From contig JAVKIJ010000001.1 of NCBI GenBank assembly GCA_031459535.1, positions 32,001 through 96,000 of the forward strand: a DNA stretch of 64,000 bases, given 5' to 3'. Positions 10,834-19,135 of the stretch are shown piece after piece. Position 1 is the first letter of the stretch. Every line of letters begins with the position of its first letter. Origin of the DNA: Candidatus Fervidifonticultor quintus (GTDB taxonomy: Bacteria > Sysuimicrobiota > Sysuimicrobiia > Sysuimicrobiales > Humicultoraceae). The notes under the pieces were generated by a model. That model saw only the letters and a program-made list of their open reading frames with translations, was not told where the DNA came from and ran no database searches. The position numbers and the translations under genes were made by a program.

Positions 10834-11732
10834 TGACAGTGCGAAACCGGATGCCGGCCCTGCTGCTGGCGTTGGTTCTCCTGCTGGCGCCGGTCTGGCC
10901 GGTTGTCGCGGCGCCGCCCCCGGCATCCCCCGCGCCGCCTGCCCGCCACGTGGTCGTCCTGAGCCTCGATGGCGCGCGGGCCGACGCGCTGCGGGCTGTG
11001 GTGCCGGCGTCCCTGGTCGCTCGGGGAGGTGCGTCGTGGACCGCGCAGACCGTGCGACCGAGCCTGACCCTTCCGGCCCACGCCTCGATGCTCTCGGGCC
11101 TGATACCGGCCGTGCACGGAGTGACGTTCAATGACTGGCGCGAAGGCGGGCCGCCCTTCCGCCACCCCACGGTCTTCACAGCGGTCGTCGGCGCCGGCGG
11201 CCGGGTCGCGGCGTTCGTCAACAAGCAGAAGCTCATGATGCTGGTCCTCCAGGGCCCGGGCGCGTACGCCCGGTGGCTGGCCTACCCGCGCTTCCGCCAG
11301 GCCGACGTGGTCGAGACAGCGGCGCGGTACTTCGTGGAGCAGCGGCCGGCGTTCCTGTTCGTCCACGTGGCCGACCCCGACGATCGCGGCCACGCCCGGG
11401 GCTGGATGAGCGAGGAGTACTTGGCCGCCATCGCCGCTGCCCCGGGCCTGATGGAACGCCTGTTGCGCGCATTCGACGATGCCGGGGTCGGGGCGGCGGC
11501 ACTGCTCATCGTCACCGCTGACCATGGTGGCCACGGCACAACCCACGGCACGACCCGCCCCGAGGACATGACCATTCCGTGGCTGGCGCTGGGCGGGGCG
11601 GCCCGGTCGGGGGCGGTGCTGGGCCAGGTCATGGTGTACGACACGGCGCCCACGGCCCTGGTCGCCCTCGGCCTGCCGGTCCCTCCCGACTGGCAGGGGC
11701 GCGCCGTGGCGGAGGCGCTGCGCCCCAGATGA
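10833..11732 (+). CDS. Secreted alkaline phosphatase-superfamily / nucleotide phosphodiesterase-like protein
   Basis: Signal peptide; LSLDG, SLTLPAHASM (Thr nucleophile), DPDDRGH, TADHGG. Confidence 0.85.
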   Translation: MTVRNRMPALLLALVLLLAPVWPVVAAPPPASPAPPARHVVVLSLDGARADALRAVVPASLVARGGASWTAQTVRPSLTLPAHASMLSGLIPAVHGVTFNDWREGGPPFRHPTVFTAVVGAGGRVAAFVNKQKLMMLVLQGPGAYARWLAYPRFRQADVVETAARYFVEQRPAFLFVHVADPDDRGHARGWMSEEYLAAIAAAPGLMERLLRAFDDAGVGAAALLIVTADHGGHGTTHGTTRPEDMTIPWLALGGAARSGAVLGQVMVYDTAPTALVALGLPVPPDWQGRAVAEALRPR

Positions 11733-11756
11733 TGCGATCGCAGATCGGAGGACGCG

Positions 11757-12623
11757 ATGGCCATACTCGTTGATGAACACACCCGGGTGCTGGTGCAGGG
11801 CATCACGGGATACCAGGGCGAGTTCCACACGCGCCGGATGCTGGAGTTCGGCACCAAGGTCGTGGCCGGGCACCGGCCGGGCAAGGGTGGCCAGACGGTG
11901 GCCGGGGTGCCGGTGTTCGACACGGTCGCCGAAGCGGTGGCCCAGACAGGGGCCACGGCCTCGTGCATCTTCGTGCCGGCCCGGACCGCCAAGGACGCGG
12001 CCCTGGAAGCCATTGCCTCGCGCCTGAATCCCGTGGTGATCATCACCGAGCACATCCCGGTGCAGGATGCCATCGAGATCGTGGCTGCAGCCAAAGCATC
12101 CGGGGTCCACGTCGTCGGCCCCAACGGCCCGGGGCTGGCCTCGCCGGGCAGGTGCAAGATCGGCATCATGCCCAACCACCTCTTCACGCCGGGTCCGGTG
12201 GGACTGGTGTCGCGGAGCGGTACGCTCACCTACGAGATCGTGGCAGGTTTGACCGCGGCAGGGATCGGACAGAGCACGGCGCTGGGGTTGGGCGGCGATC
12301 CGGTCGTCGGCCTCAACTTCGTCGAAGCCATCACGATGTTCAACGACGACCCCGAGACCGAGGTCATGGTCATGGTGGGCGAGATCGGCGGCAGCGCCGA
12401 GGAGGAGGCCGCGCAGTTCGTGCGGACGTCGGTGAGAAAGCCGGTCGTGGGCTACATTGCCGGGCTCACGGCGCCGCCGGGCAAGCGGATGGGGCACGCC
12501 GGCGCGGTGATCTCCGGGACCGAGGGCACGGCGCAGGGGAAGATCAAGGCGATGGAGGCGGCGGGCATCACGGTGGTGGACCTGCCCGGCCGCGTGGCCG
12601 GCGCAGTCCGAGGACTCCTCTAG
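11757..12623 (+). CDS. sucD: Succinyl-CoA synthetase alpha subunit
   Basis: VQGITG, GPNGPG, SRSGTLTYE, MGHAGA phospho-His. Confidence 0.96.
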   Translation: MAILVDEHTRVLVQGITGYQGEFHTRRMLEFGTKVVAGHRPGKGGQTVAGVPVFDTVAEAVAQTGATASCIFVPARTAKDAALEAIASRLNPVVIITEHIPVQDAIEIVAAAKASGVHVVGPNGPGLASPGRCKIGIMPNHLFTPGPVGLVSRSGTLTYEIVAGLTAAGIGQSTALGLGGDPVVGLNFVEAITMFNDDPETEVMVMVGEIGGSAEEEAAQFVRTSVRKPVVGYIAGLTAPPGKRMGHAGAVISGTEGTAQGKIKAMEAAGITVVDLPGRVAGAVRGLL

Positions 12624-12671
12624 GCGTGCCCGCCGTGCCCGGGCCGCGCGCCCGCGTGGTGCTTCTTCCCG

Positions 12672-12680
12672 TGCTATAGT
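12672..12680 (+). promoter_or_regulatory. Putative extended -10 promoter (TGnTATAGT) for the yvlD-rapZ-yvcK unit
   Basis: TGCTATAGT in an otherwise GC-rich intergenic gap. Confidence 0.5.
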
Positions 12681-12715
12681 GCGGTGGGGAAAGGCACGCG
12701 CGCGTGGAGGGGACG

Positions 12716-13063
12716 ATGCTGACCGGATTCCTGTTTCGCTGGCTGTGCAATGCCGTTGCCATCTACCTTGCCGCGCGCATCGTCCCCGGGCTCCGCGTAC
12801 CCGACGCCATGGCGGCCGCGGTCGCCGCCCTGGTGTTGGGATTGGCGAACGCTTCGATCCGCTGGGCGATGCTGATTCTGACCCTGCCGCTCAACATCCT
12901 GACCCTGGGGCTGTTCACCCTGGTTGTCAACGCACTGATGCTCTACCTGGTGGCGGCCATCGTTCCAGCCTCGCTGCAGATTGCTTCTTTCCGGTCTGCA
13001 TTCTGGGGAGCGTTGCTCATTGCGGTCATCAGCACGATCCTCAGCCACCTCGCCCGCCGGTAG
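12716..13063 (+). CDS. YvlD/DUF360 4-TM membrane protein ('phage holin family')
   Basis: LGLANASIR..LTLPLNILTLGLFTLVVNA. Confidence 0.85.
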   Translation: MLTGFLFRWLCNAVAIYLAARIVPGLRVPDAMAAAVAALVLGLANASIRWAMLILTLPLNILTLGLFTLVVNALMLYLVAAIVPASLQIASFRSAFWGALLIAVISTILSHLARR

Positions 13064-13067
13064 CGTC

Positions 13068-14003
13068 CTGGCCCGGGCCCGGGGGCTGCGCCCCACACCC
13101 GGCCGCCGGGCGCATCCCATCCAGTTTGTCATCGTCACCGGGCTCTCGGGCGCTGGAAAGTCCACGGCCCTGAAGGTGTTCGAGGACCTGGGGTTCTTCT
13201 GCGTGGACAACCTGCCGCCGGCGCTGCTGCCCAAGTTCGCGGACCTGTGCCTGCACTCCGATGAGAAGATCCGTCGGGTTGCGTTGGGCATAGATATCAG
13301 GGGGGGCGAGTTTTTCGACGAGCTGTTCTCGGCCGTCCGGGAGGTATCGCGCCGGGGATTGCGGGCCGACATCCTCTTCCTCGACGCCTCAGACGACGTG
13401 CTGGTCCGTCGGTTCAAGGAGACGCGGCGCAAGCACCCGCTGGCCCAGACCGGCAGCGTGCTGGCGGGCATTCGCGCCGAGCGCCGCCGGTTGGAGGCGG
13501 TCAAGGGCGCCTCGCACCGGATCATTGACACGTCCAGCCTCTCGGTCAAGGAACTGCGCGACGAAGTCGCGGCAGCCTACCTCGACCGGCGGGCGCCGGC
13601 CCGCCAGCTCGAGATCAGCATCGTCACCTTCGGATACAAGCACGGCATCCCCATTGACGCCGACCTGCTATTCGATGTGCGGTTTCTGCCCAACCCGCAC
13701 TACCATGAGGCCCTGCGGTCGCTGCCGGGCACCCACGGGCGCGTCAGGCGCTACGTGCTGGGCCACCAGGAGACACGGGAGTTCCTCGAGCGCATCTACG
13801 ACTTCACCGGCTATCTCCTGCCGCAGTTCGTGAGCGAAGGGAAGACCCACCTGACCATCGGCCTGGGCTGCACCGGGGGCCGGCATCGTTCGGTGGTCGT
13901 GGGCGAGGTGCTGGCCCGGCATCTGCGCGGCCTCGGCTACCGGGTGAGGGTGCGGCACCGCGACCTCCGGCGAGAGGACCGGGAGTCGGAGACGGCGGGA
14001 TGA
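13068..14003 (+). CDS. rapZ: RNase adapter/P-loop protein RapZ (YvcJ); start codon uncertain
   Basis: IVTGLSGAGKS, CVDNLP, ETRRKHP, DVRFLPNP, GCTGGRHRSV. Confidence 0.92.
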   Translation: MARARGLRPTPGRRAHPIQFVIVTGLSGAGKSTALKVFEDLGFFCVDNLPPALLPKFADLCLHSDEKIRRVALGIDIRGGEFFDELFSAVREVSRRGLRADILFLDASDDVLVRRFKETRRKHPLAQTGSVLAGIRAERRRLEAVKGASHRIIDTSSLSVKELRDEVAAAYLDRRAPARQLEISIVTFGYKHGIPIDADLLFDVRFLPNPHYHEALRSLPGTHGRVRRYVLGHQETREFLERIYDFTGYLLPQFVSEGKTHLTIGLGCTGGRHRSVVVGEVLARHLRGLGYRVRVRHRDLRREDRESETAG

Positions 14004-15340
14004 GCGGCCCGTGGCAGCGCTGGGGGCGGTGGCTGGCGCCGGGCCTCGGGATCAAGCGCTGGGGCCTGCTCATCGGCGCTGGCATTCTGGTTTTCAGTGC
14101 CGGGTTCTCCCTGCTGGTCAACCTGGGCATGCTGGCCCAGTACGAAGCGGCCATCTTCCGGTTTGCCGGGTGGGCCCACCGCCTCACGGGCGGTCTCGCC
14201 ACCTCACCGGTGCTGGGCGTGACCGGCATCGTGTTGGGGGTGCTCATCACCCTGTTCGGCCTGCGCGGGACGCTGCGGTCCATCGACCGGGTGCTCTTCC
14301 CGTCCGGCAGCCCCGGGCTCGTGGAGGCCCTGCGCGAGCACCGTCGGAAGCGCCGCGGCCTCAACATCGTGGCCCTGGGCGGCGGGACCGGGCTGGCCAC
14401 CTTGCTGCGCGGCCTCAAGCACTACACGTCCAACATCTCTGCGGTGGTGACGGTGTTCGATGACGGTGGCTCGTCTGGACGGTTGCGCCGCGAGCTGGGG
14501 ATCCTGCCGCCGGGCGACATCCGTGACTGCCTGGTGGCGCTTGCCGAGGCCGAACCGCTGATGACCGACCTCTTCGAGTACCGGTTCAAGGGAGGCGCCC
14601 TCGATGGCCACGCCTTCGGCAACCTGTTCATCGCCAGCCTGACCGGCGTGACCGGTGATCTGGAGCTGGCGGTCAAGGAGACGAGCAAGGTCCTCAAGAT
14701 CCGCGGTCGCGTGTTGCCAGCCACCGGGCATGACGTGGTACTCGCGGCCGAGTTCGAAGACGGCCGCATCATCGACGGCGAGTCGCAGATCACCGCGGCC
14801 CGCGGCCGCATCAAGCGCGTCTTCCTGCGCGGCGAGGTCTACCCGCTGCCCGAAGTGCTCGAAGCCATCGCCGACGCCGATCTGATCCTCATCGGCCCGG
14901 GCAGCCTGTACACCAGTGTGATCCCCAACCTGCTGGTGAGCGGCGTTGCCGACGCCATCCGCGAGGCGCACGTGCCGTGCCTGTACATCTGCAACGTCAT
15001 GACGCAGCCGGGCGAAACCGACGGGTACACGGCGGCCGACCACGTGCGCGCCATCTTCGCCCACGCGGGCGCTGCGCTGTTCTCCCACGTGCTGGTCAAC
15101 ACCCAGATGCCCCGGAACCGGGCGCTGCTGGAGCGGTATGCCGACCAGGGTAGCGTACCGGTGGCACCCGCGGTGGCCGAACTGGAGAGCCTGGGCCTGA
15201 CCCCGGTGGGGTTCCCGCTGATCAGCGAACAGGAGCTGCTCCGCCACGATCCGGTGGCGCTGGCCGCGGCCATCTTCAAAGTCATGGGGATGGTAACCGG
15301 TCGGTACCGCGACGACAGCCGGATGGTCTTGAGCCGGTAG
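14000..15340 (+). CDS. yvcK: YvcK/GlmR (UPF0052) gluconeogenesis factor with N-terminal TM extension
   Basis: GGGTGL, DDGGSSGRLR, PPGDIR, GPGSLYTS, NVMTQPGET. Confidence 0.92.
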   Translation: MSGPWQRWGRWLAPGLGIKRWGLLIGAGILVFSAGFSLLVNLGMLAQYEAAIFRFAGWAHRLTGGLATSPVLGVTGIVLGVLITLFGLRGTLRSIDRVLFPSGSPGLVEALREHRRKRRGLNIVALGGGTGLATLLRGLKHYTSNISAVVTVFDDGGSSGRLRRELGILPPGDIRDCLVALAEAEPLMTDLFEYRFKGGALDGHAFGNLFIASLTGVTGDLELAVKETSKVLKIRGRVLPATGHDVVLAAEFEDGRIIDGESQITAARGRIKRVFLRGEVYPLPEVLEAIADADLILIGPGSLYTSVIPNLLVSGVADAIREAHVPCLYICNVMTQPGETDGYTAADHVRAIFAHAGAALFSHVLVNTQMPRNRALLERYADQGSVPVAPAVAELESLGLTPVGFPLISEQELLRHDPVALAAAIFKVMGMVTGRYRDDSRMVLSR

Positions 15341-15379
15341 GCCGCGCTCTGGGCGCACCACGGGAAGGGAGCTGATGTC

Positions 15380-16804
15380 GTGAGCGAGGATGTCCTGCCG
15401 CCGGCCGAGCCGTTCCGCGTCAAGATGGTCGAGCCGATCCGCCGACTGACCCGCCAGCAGCGCGTCCGGGCCCTGGAGGAGGCCCACTTCAACCTGTTCT
15501 TGCTCAAGTCCGAGGACGTCTACATCGACCTGCTGACCGACAGCGGCACCTCGGCGATGAGCGATCGCCAGTGGGGCGCGCTGATGGTCGGCGACGAGGC
15601 GTACGCCGGCAGCCGCAGCTTTTACCGGCTGCGAGAGGCCGTCGAGGACGTCCTGGGATTTCCCTACGTGATTCCGACCCACCAGGGCCGCGGGGCCGAG
15701 CACGTGCTGTTCACGGCCCTGGTGCAGCCCGGCCAGCACGTGATCGGCAACGTGCACTTCGACACCACGCGGGCCCACATCGAGCATCGCGGGGCCACGG
15801 CCCACGACCTGGCCGTGGAGGCGATCCACGATCCGCTGGATCCGGCGCCTTTCAAGGGCAACCTGGATGTCGAGCGGGCCGAAGCTCTCATCCGCCACGT
15901 GGGCCCCCGGGCCGTGGCGCTGATCCTGGTAACCGTGACCTGTAACACCGGCGGTGGCCAGCCTGTGGCCCTCTCGAACCTGAGGGACGTACGTGCGCTG
16001 GCCGACCGCTGGGGCATCCCGTTCTTCCTCGACGCCTGCCGCTTCGCCGAGAACGCCTATCTCATCCAGCAGCGCGAGCCCGGATATGCCGCCCGCCCGG
16101 TGGCGTCCATCGTCCGGGAGATGTGTGGCCTCGCCGACGGGTGTACCTTCAGCGCCAAGAAGGACGGCCTGGCCAACATCGGCGGGTTCATCGCGGTGCG
16201 CGACCCTACCCGCTACCGCCAGGTGTCCCCGTGGGCGGTGCTCTTCGAAGGGTTCCTGACCTACGGTGGTCTGGCGGGTCGGGATCTGGAGGCCATCGCC
16301 GTGGGTCTGCGCGAGGTGACCGATGAGGCCTATCTGGAGTGGCGCGTCGGCCAGGTCGCGCGCCTCGGCGAAGGGCTTCGGGCGGCGGGGGTGCCCATCG
16401 TGGAGCCCGTGGGCGGTCACGCCGTCTTCCTGGACGCCAGGCGCTTCCTGCCCCACATTCCGCAGTCGGCCTTTCCGGCGCAGGCGCTGGCCTGCGCCCT
16501 CTACGCCGACGGCGGGGTGCGCGGTGTGGAGATCGGCGGCGTCATGGCCGGCCGCGACCCGCAGACCGGTGCCGAGCGGCCGCCCCGGCTGGAGCTGGTG
16601 CGTCTGGCCGTGCCGCGGCGCGTCTACAGCGATGCGCACATGGCGGTGGTGGTAGCCACCGCGCGGCGCACGCTGGCCCGCCGCGCAGAGATCGGCGGAT
16701 TGCGGTTCGTCTACGAGCCGCCAGTCCTGCGCCACTTCACCGCCGAGTTCGCGCCGATCCCGCAGGCGGTGCCGGGGGACCTGCGGCAGGTGAAGCCCGC
16801 GTAG
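15380..16804 (+). CDS. tnaA: Tryptophanase-like PLP beta-eliminating lyase
   Basis: IDLLTDSGT, GDEAYAGS, HQGRGAE, SAKKDG (PLP Lys), FLTYGGLAGRD; tyrosine phenol-lyase not excluded. Confidence 0.82.
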   Translation: MSEDVLPPAEPFRVKMVEPIRRLTRQQRVRALEEAHFNLFLLKSEDVYIDLLTDSGTSAMSDRQWGALMVGDEAYAGSRSFYRLREAVEDVLGFPYVIPTHQGRGAEHVLFTALVQPGQHVIGNVHFDTTRAHIEHRGATAHDLAVEAIHDPLDPAPFKGNLDVERAEALIRHVGPRAVALILVTVTCNTGGGQPVALSNLRDVRALADRWGIPFFLDACRFAENAYLIQQREPGYAARPVASIVREMCGLADGCTFSAKKDGLANIGGFIAVRDPTRYRQVSPWAVLFEGFLTYGGLAGRDLEAIAVGLREVTDEAYLEWRVGQVARLGEGLRAAGVPIVEPVGGHAVFLDARRFLPHIPQSAFPAQALACALYADGGVRGVEIGGVMAGRDPQTGAERPPRLELVRLAVPRRVYSDAHMAVVVATARRTLARRAEIGGLRFVYEPPVLRHFTAEFAPIPQAVPGDLRQVKPA

Positions 16805-16955
16805 GATTCGCGCCGCCCGGCGCCGAACCAACCAGGGACTCGTGCAGGTCCAGCCGATCGGGACTCTCTGTTCCCCGGGGTGATATGGTGACGGCGCCGG
16901 GTGCCGGACCGTAGGAGGCGCCCGACGCTTCGGCCGACGTGCGCGAGGGACGGAC

Positions 16956-17315
16956 ATGCTGCTGGTTGACTGGCTCTACGTCGGGGTGTTCGTCGTGGTG
17001 GGTCTGCTCATGGCGGCCCTGCCGCTGGCGGTGGTCTGGCTGCTGGCACCCCGGGCCGACTATCCACAGAAGCGCACCACCTACGAGTCCGGCGTCGTGC
17101 CCTTCGGTCAGGCCTGGGCGCAGTTCAACGTGCGCTACTACCTGTTCTCGCTGGTCTTCGTCATCTTCGCGGTGGAAGTGATCTACCTGTATCCCTGGGC
17201 GATCGTCTTCCGCCAGATGGGCAGGTACGCGTTCTTTTCGATGGCGGTCTTCCTCGTCATCCTGTTCCTCGGGTTAGTCTACGCCTGGCGGAAGGGCGCG
17301 CTGGAGTGGTCATGA
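16956..17315 (+). CDS. nuoA: NADH-quinone oxidoreductase subunit A
   Basis: TYESG, RYYLFSLVFVIFAVE, WRKGALEW. Confidence 0.95.
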   Translation: MLLVDWLYVGVFVVVGLLMAALPLAVVWLLAPRADYPQKRTTYESGVVPFGQAWAQFNVRYYLFSLVFVIFAVEVIYLYPWAIVFRQMGRYAFFSMAVFLVILFLGLVYAWRKGALEWS

Positions 17316-18313
17316 GCTGGCCGGTAGAGATCCTCAAGGCCGTCGGGCTCGCCGTCCTGATGTTCACGTTCCTGGCCGTGGTCGCCGCCATGTTCGGCGT
17401 GCTGCTGGAGCGCAAGGTGGGCGGGTGGATCCAATCGCGGCTGGGGCCCAAGCACGTGGGCCCGCAGGGCCTGTTTCAGACCCTGGCGGACACCGTGAAG
17501 CTGCTGCAGAAAGAGCACATCGCGCCGCGCGCAGCCGACCTGGCCATCTTCAACACCGCGCCGCTCATCGTGGCCGTGGCGGGATTGATGAGCTGGATCG
17601 TCATTCCGTTCGGCACCCTGGGAAACCGGGTCCTGGTGGTCCGGGACCTGAACATCGGGATTCTGTTCTTCGCGGGCATGGCCTCCATGACCGTAGTGGG
17701 CATCCTGGCCGGCGGATGGTCGTCCAACAACAAGTACTCGCTGCTCGGCGGCCTGCGCAGCGCCTCCCAGATGGTGAGCTACGAGTTGCCGTTGGGGGTC
17801 GCCCTGGTGGCGGTGGCCATGGAGGCCGGGACGCTGTCCACCGTGGGCATCGTGCAGGCCCAGGGGGGCTGGCTGGGGTCGTTCCTCTTCCGGCAGTTTC
17901 CGGCGTTTGTCATCTTCCTGATCGCGGCCACCGCCGAGGTCAACCGGGTGCCGTTCGACCTACCCGAGGCGGAGAGCGAGCTGGTGGCCGGCTACTTCTC
18001 GGAGTACACCGGCATGCGCTTCGCCCTGTTCCAGTTGGGCGAGTATGCTGAGATGTTCGGGATGGCTGCCATGGCCACCACGCTCTTCCTCGGCGGCTGG
18101 AAGGGGCCGTTCGACACCGTAGCTGGCGGTCGCTTCGCCTTCCCGGTGGCCTGGTTCCTCATCAAGATGTACCTGGTGGTGTTCTTCCTCATGTGGGTGC
18201 GGTGGACGTACCCGCGCTACCGGCTCGATCAGCTCCTGAACCTGTCGTGGAAGGTCTTGCTCCCGGCGGGGTTGGTCTGGATCCTCATCACCGGATACCG
18301 GATCACCTTCTGA
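17312..18313 (+). CDS. nuoH: NADH-quinone oxidoreductase subunit H
   Basis: ERKVGGWIQSRLGP, GGLRSASQMVSYE, RVPFDLPEAESELVAG; ATGA overlap with nuoA. Confidence 0.96.
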   Translation: MSWPVEILKAVGLAVLMFTFLAVVAAMFGVLLERKVGGWIQSRLGPKHVGPQGLFQTLADTVKLLQKEHIAPRAADLAIFNTAPLIVAVAGLMSWIVIPFGTLGNRVLVVRDLNIGILFFAGMASMTVVGILAGGWSSNNKYSLLGGLRSASQMVSYELPLGVALVAVAMEAGTLSTVGIVQAQGGWLGSFLFRQFPAFVIFLIAATAEVNRVPFDLPEAESELVAGYFSEYTGMRFALFQLGEYAEMFGMAAMATTLFLGGWKGPFDTVAGGRFAFPVAWFLIKMYLVVFFLMWVRWTYPRYRLDQLLNLSWKVLLPAGLVWILITGYRITF

Positions 18314-18315
18314 CC

Positions 18316-18807
18316 ATGGGCCAGCTCGCGGCGTTCATCGCCCTCTCGATGATCACCCTGGCGGCGGCCGTAGTCGTGGTCGGTTCCGGCAACATCGTCC
18401 GCAGCGCCCTGTCGTTGATCCCCACGTTTCTGGGGATCACGGGGCTCTATATCCTGCTCCAGGCCGAGTTCGTGGCCGGCATCCAGGTGCTCATCTATGC
18501 GGGCGCCATCACCGTGCTGATCCTCTTCGTCATCATGCTCACCGAGCACGGATCGGGCATCCGCTTCAGACAGGTCACCGAGCAGGTGCCGTTGGGGATG
18601 ATCGTCGCCGGCGGGCTGGCCGCCTTCCTGGTTGCCACGCTGGCCACCACGCCCTGGGCGCTCTCCCCGGCCACCCTGCCACAGTACACGGCCCGCGGGG
18701 TCGGCACCACGTTGTTGACCAGCATGATCCTGGTCTTCGAGGTGACCAGCCTGGTGTTGCTGGTGGCGCTGATCGGCGCCGTGGTCATCGCGCGGCGAGA
18801 ACGCTAG
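18316..18807 (+). CDS. nuoJ: NADH-quinone oxidoreductase subunit J
   Basis: AEFVAGIQVLIYAGAITVLILFVIML, FEVTSLVLLVALIGA. Confidence 0.93.
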   Translation: MGQLAAFIALSMITLAAAVVVVGSGNIVRSALSLIPTFLGITGLYILLQAEFVAGIQVLIYAGAITVLILFVIMLTEHGSGIRFRQVTEQVPLGMIVAGGLAAFLVATLATTPWALSPATLPQYTARGVGTTLLTSMILVFEVTSLVLLVALIGAVVIARRER

Positions 18808-18820
18808 GCGGGAGGGCTTC

Positions 18821-19132
18821 GTGCAGCTGGGTCTGACGCATTTCCTGGTCCTGAGTGCCCTGCTGTTCTGCCTGGGTCTGTATGGGGTCCTGACGCGGCG
18901 GAACGTGGTGGCCATCCTGATGGGCATCGAGTTGATGCTGAATGCGGCCAACATCAACCTGGTGGCCTTCAACAAGTACGTGGCCCCGGCGGCGCTCCAC
19001 GGGCAGGTCTTCGCCCTGGTGGTGATCACCCTGGCGGCGTGCGAAGCGGGCGTGGGCCTGGCGCTGGTCATGTCCGCGTACCGCAACCTGGAGACCGTCC
19101 ACGTGGACGAGATCAACATCATGAAATGGTAG
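18821..19132 (+). CDS. nuoK: NADH-quinone oxidoreductase subunit K
   Basis: RRNVVAILMGIELMLNAANIN, AACEAGVGLA. Confidence 0.95.
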   Translation: MQLGLTHFLVLSALLFCLGLYGVLTRRNVVAILMGIELMLNAANINLVAFNKYVAPAALHGQVFALVVITLAACEAGVGLALVMSAYRNLETVHVDEINIMKW

Positions 19133-19135
19133 CCG

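Noticed and set aside
12716-13063. 'Phage holin' as a sign of a prophage
   Set aside because: YvlD-type housekeeping membrane protein beside rapZ; no phage genes nearby
14204-16957. 917-aa minus-strand ORF and similar long antisense ORFs (e.g. 3080-4489, 18785-20617, 21694-23541, 24584-26515)
   Set aside because: Shadow ORFs opposite well-supported genes; expected at high GC and without recognisable motifs
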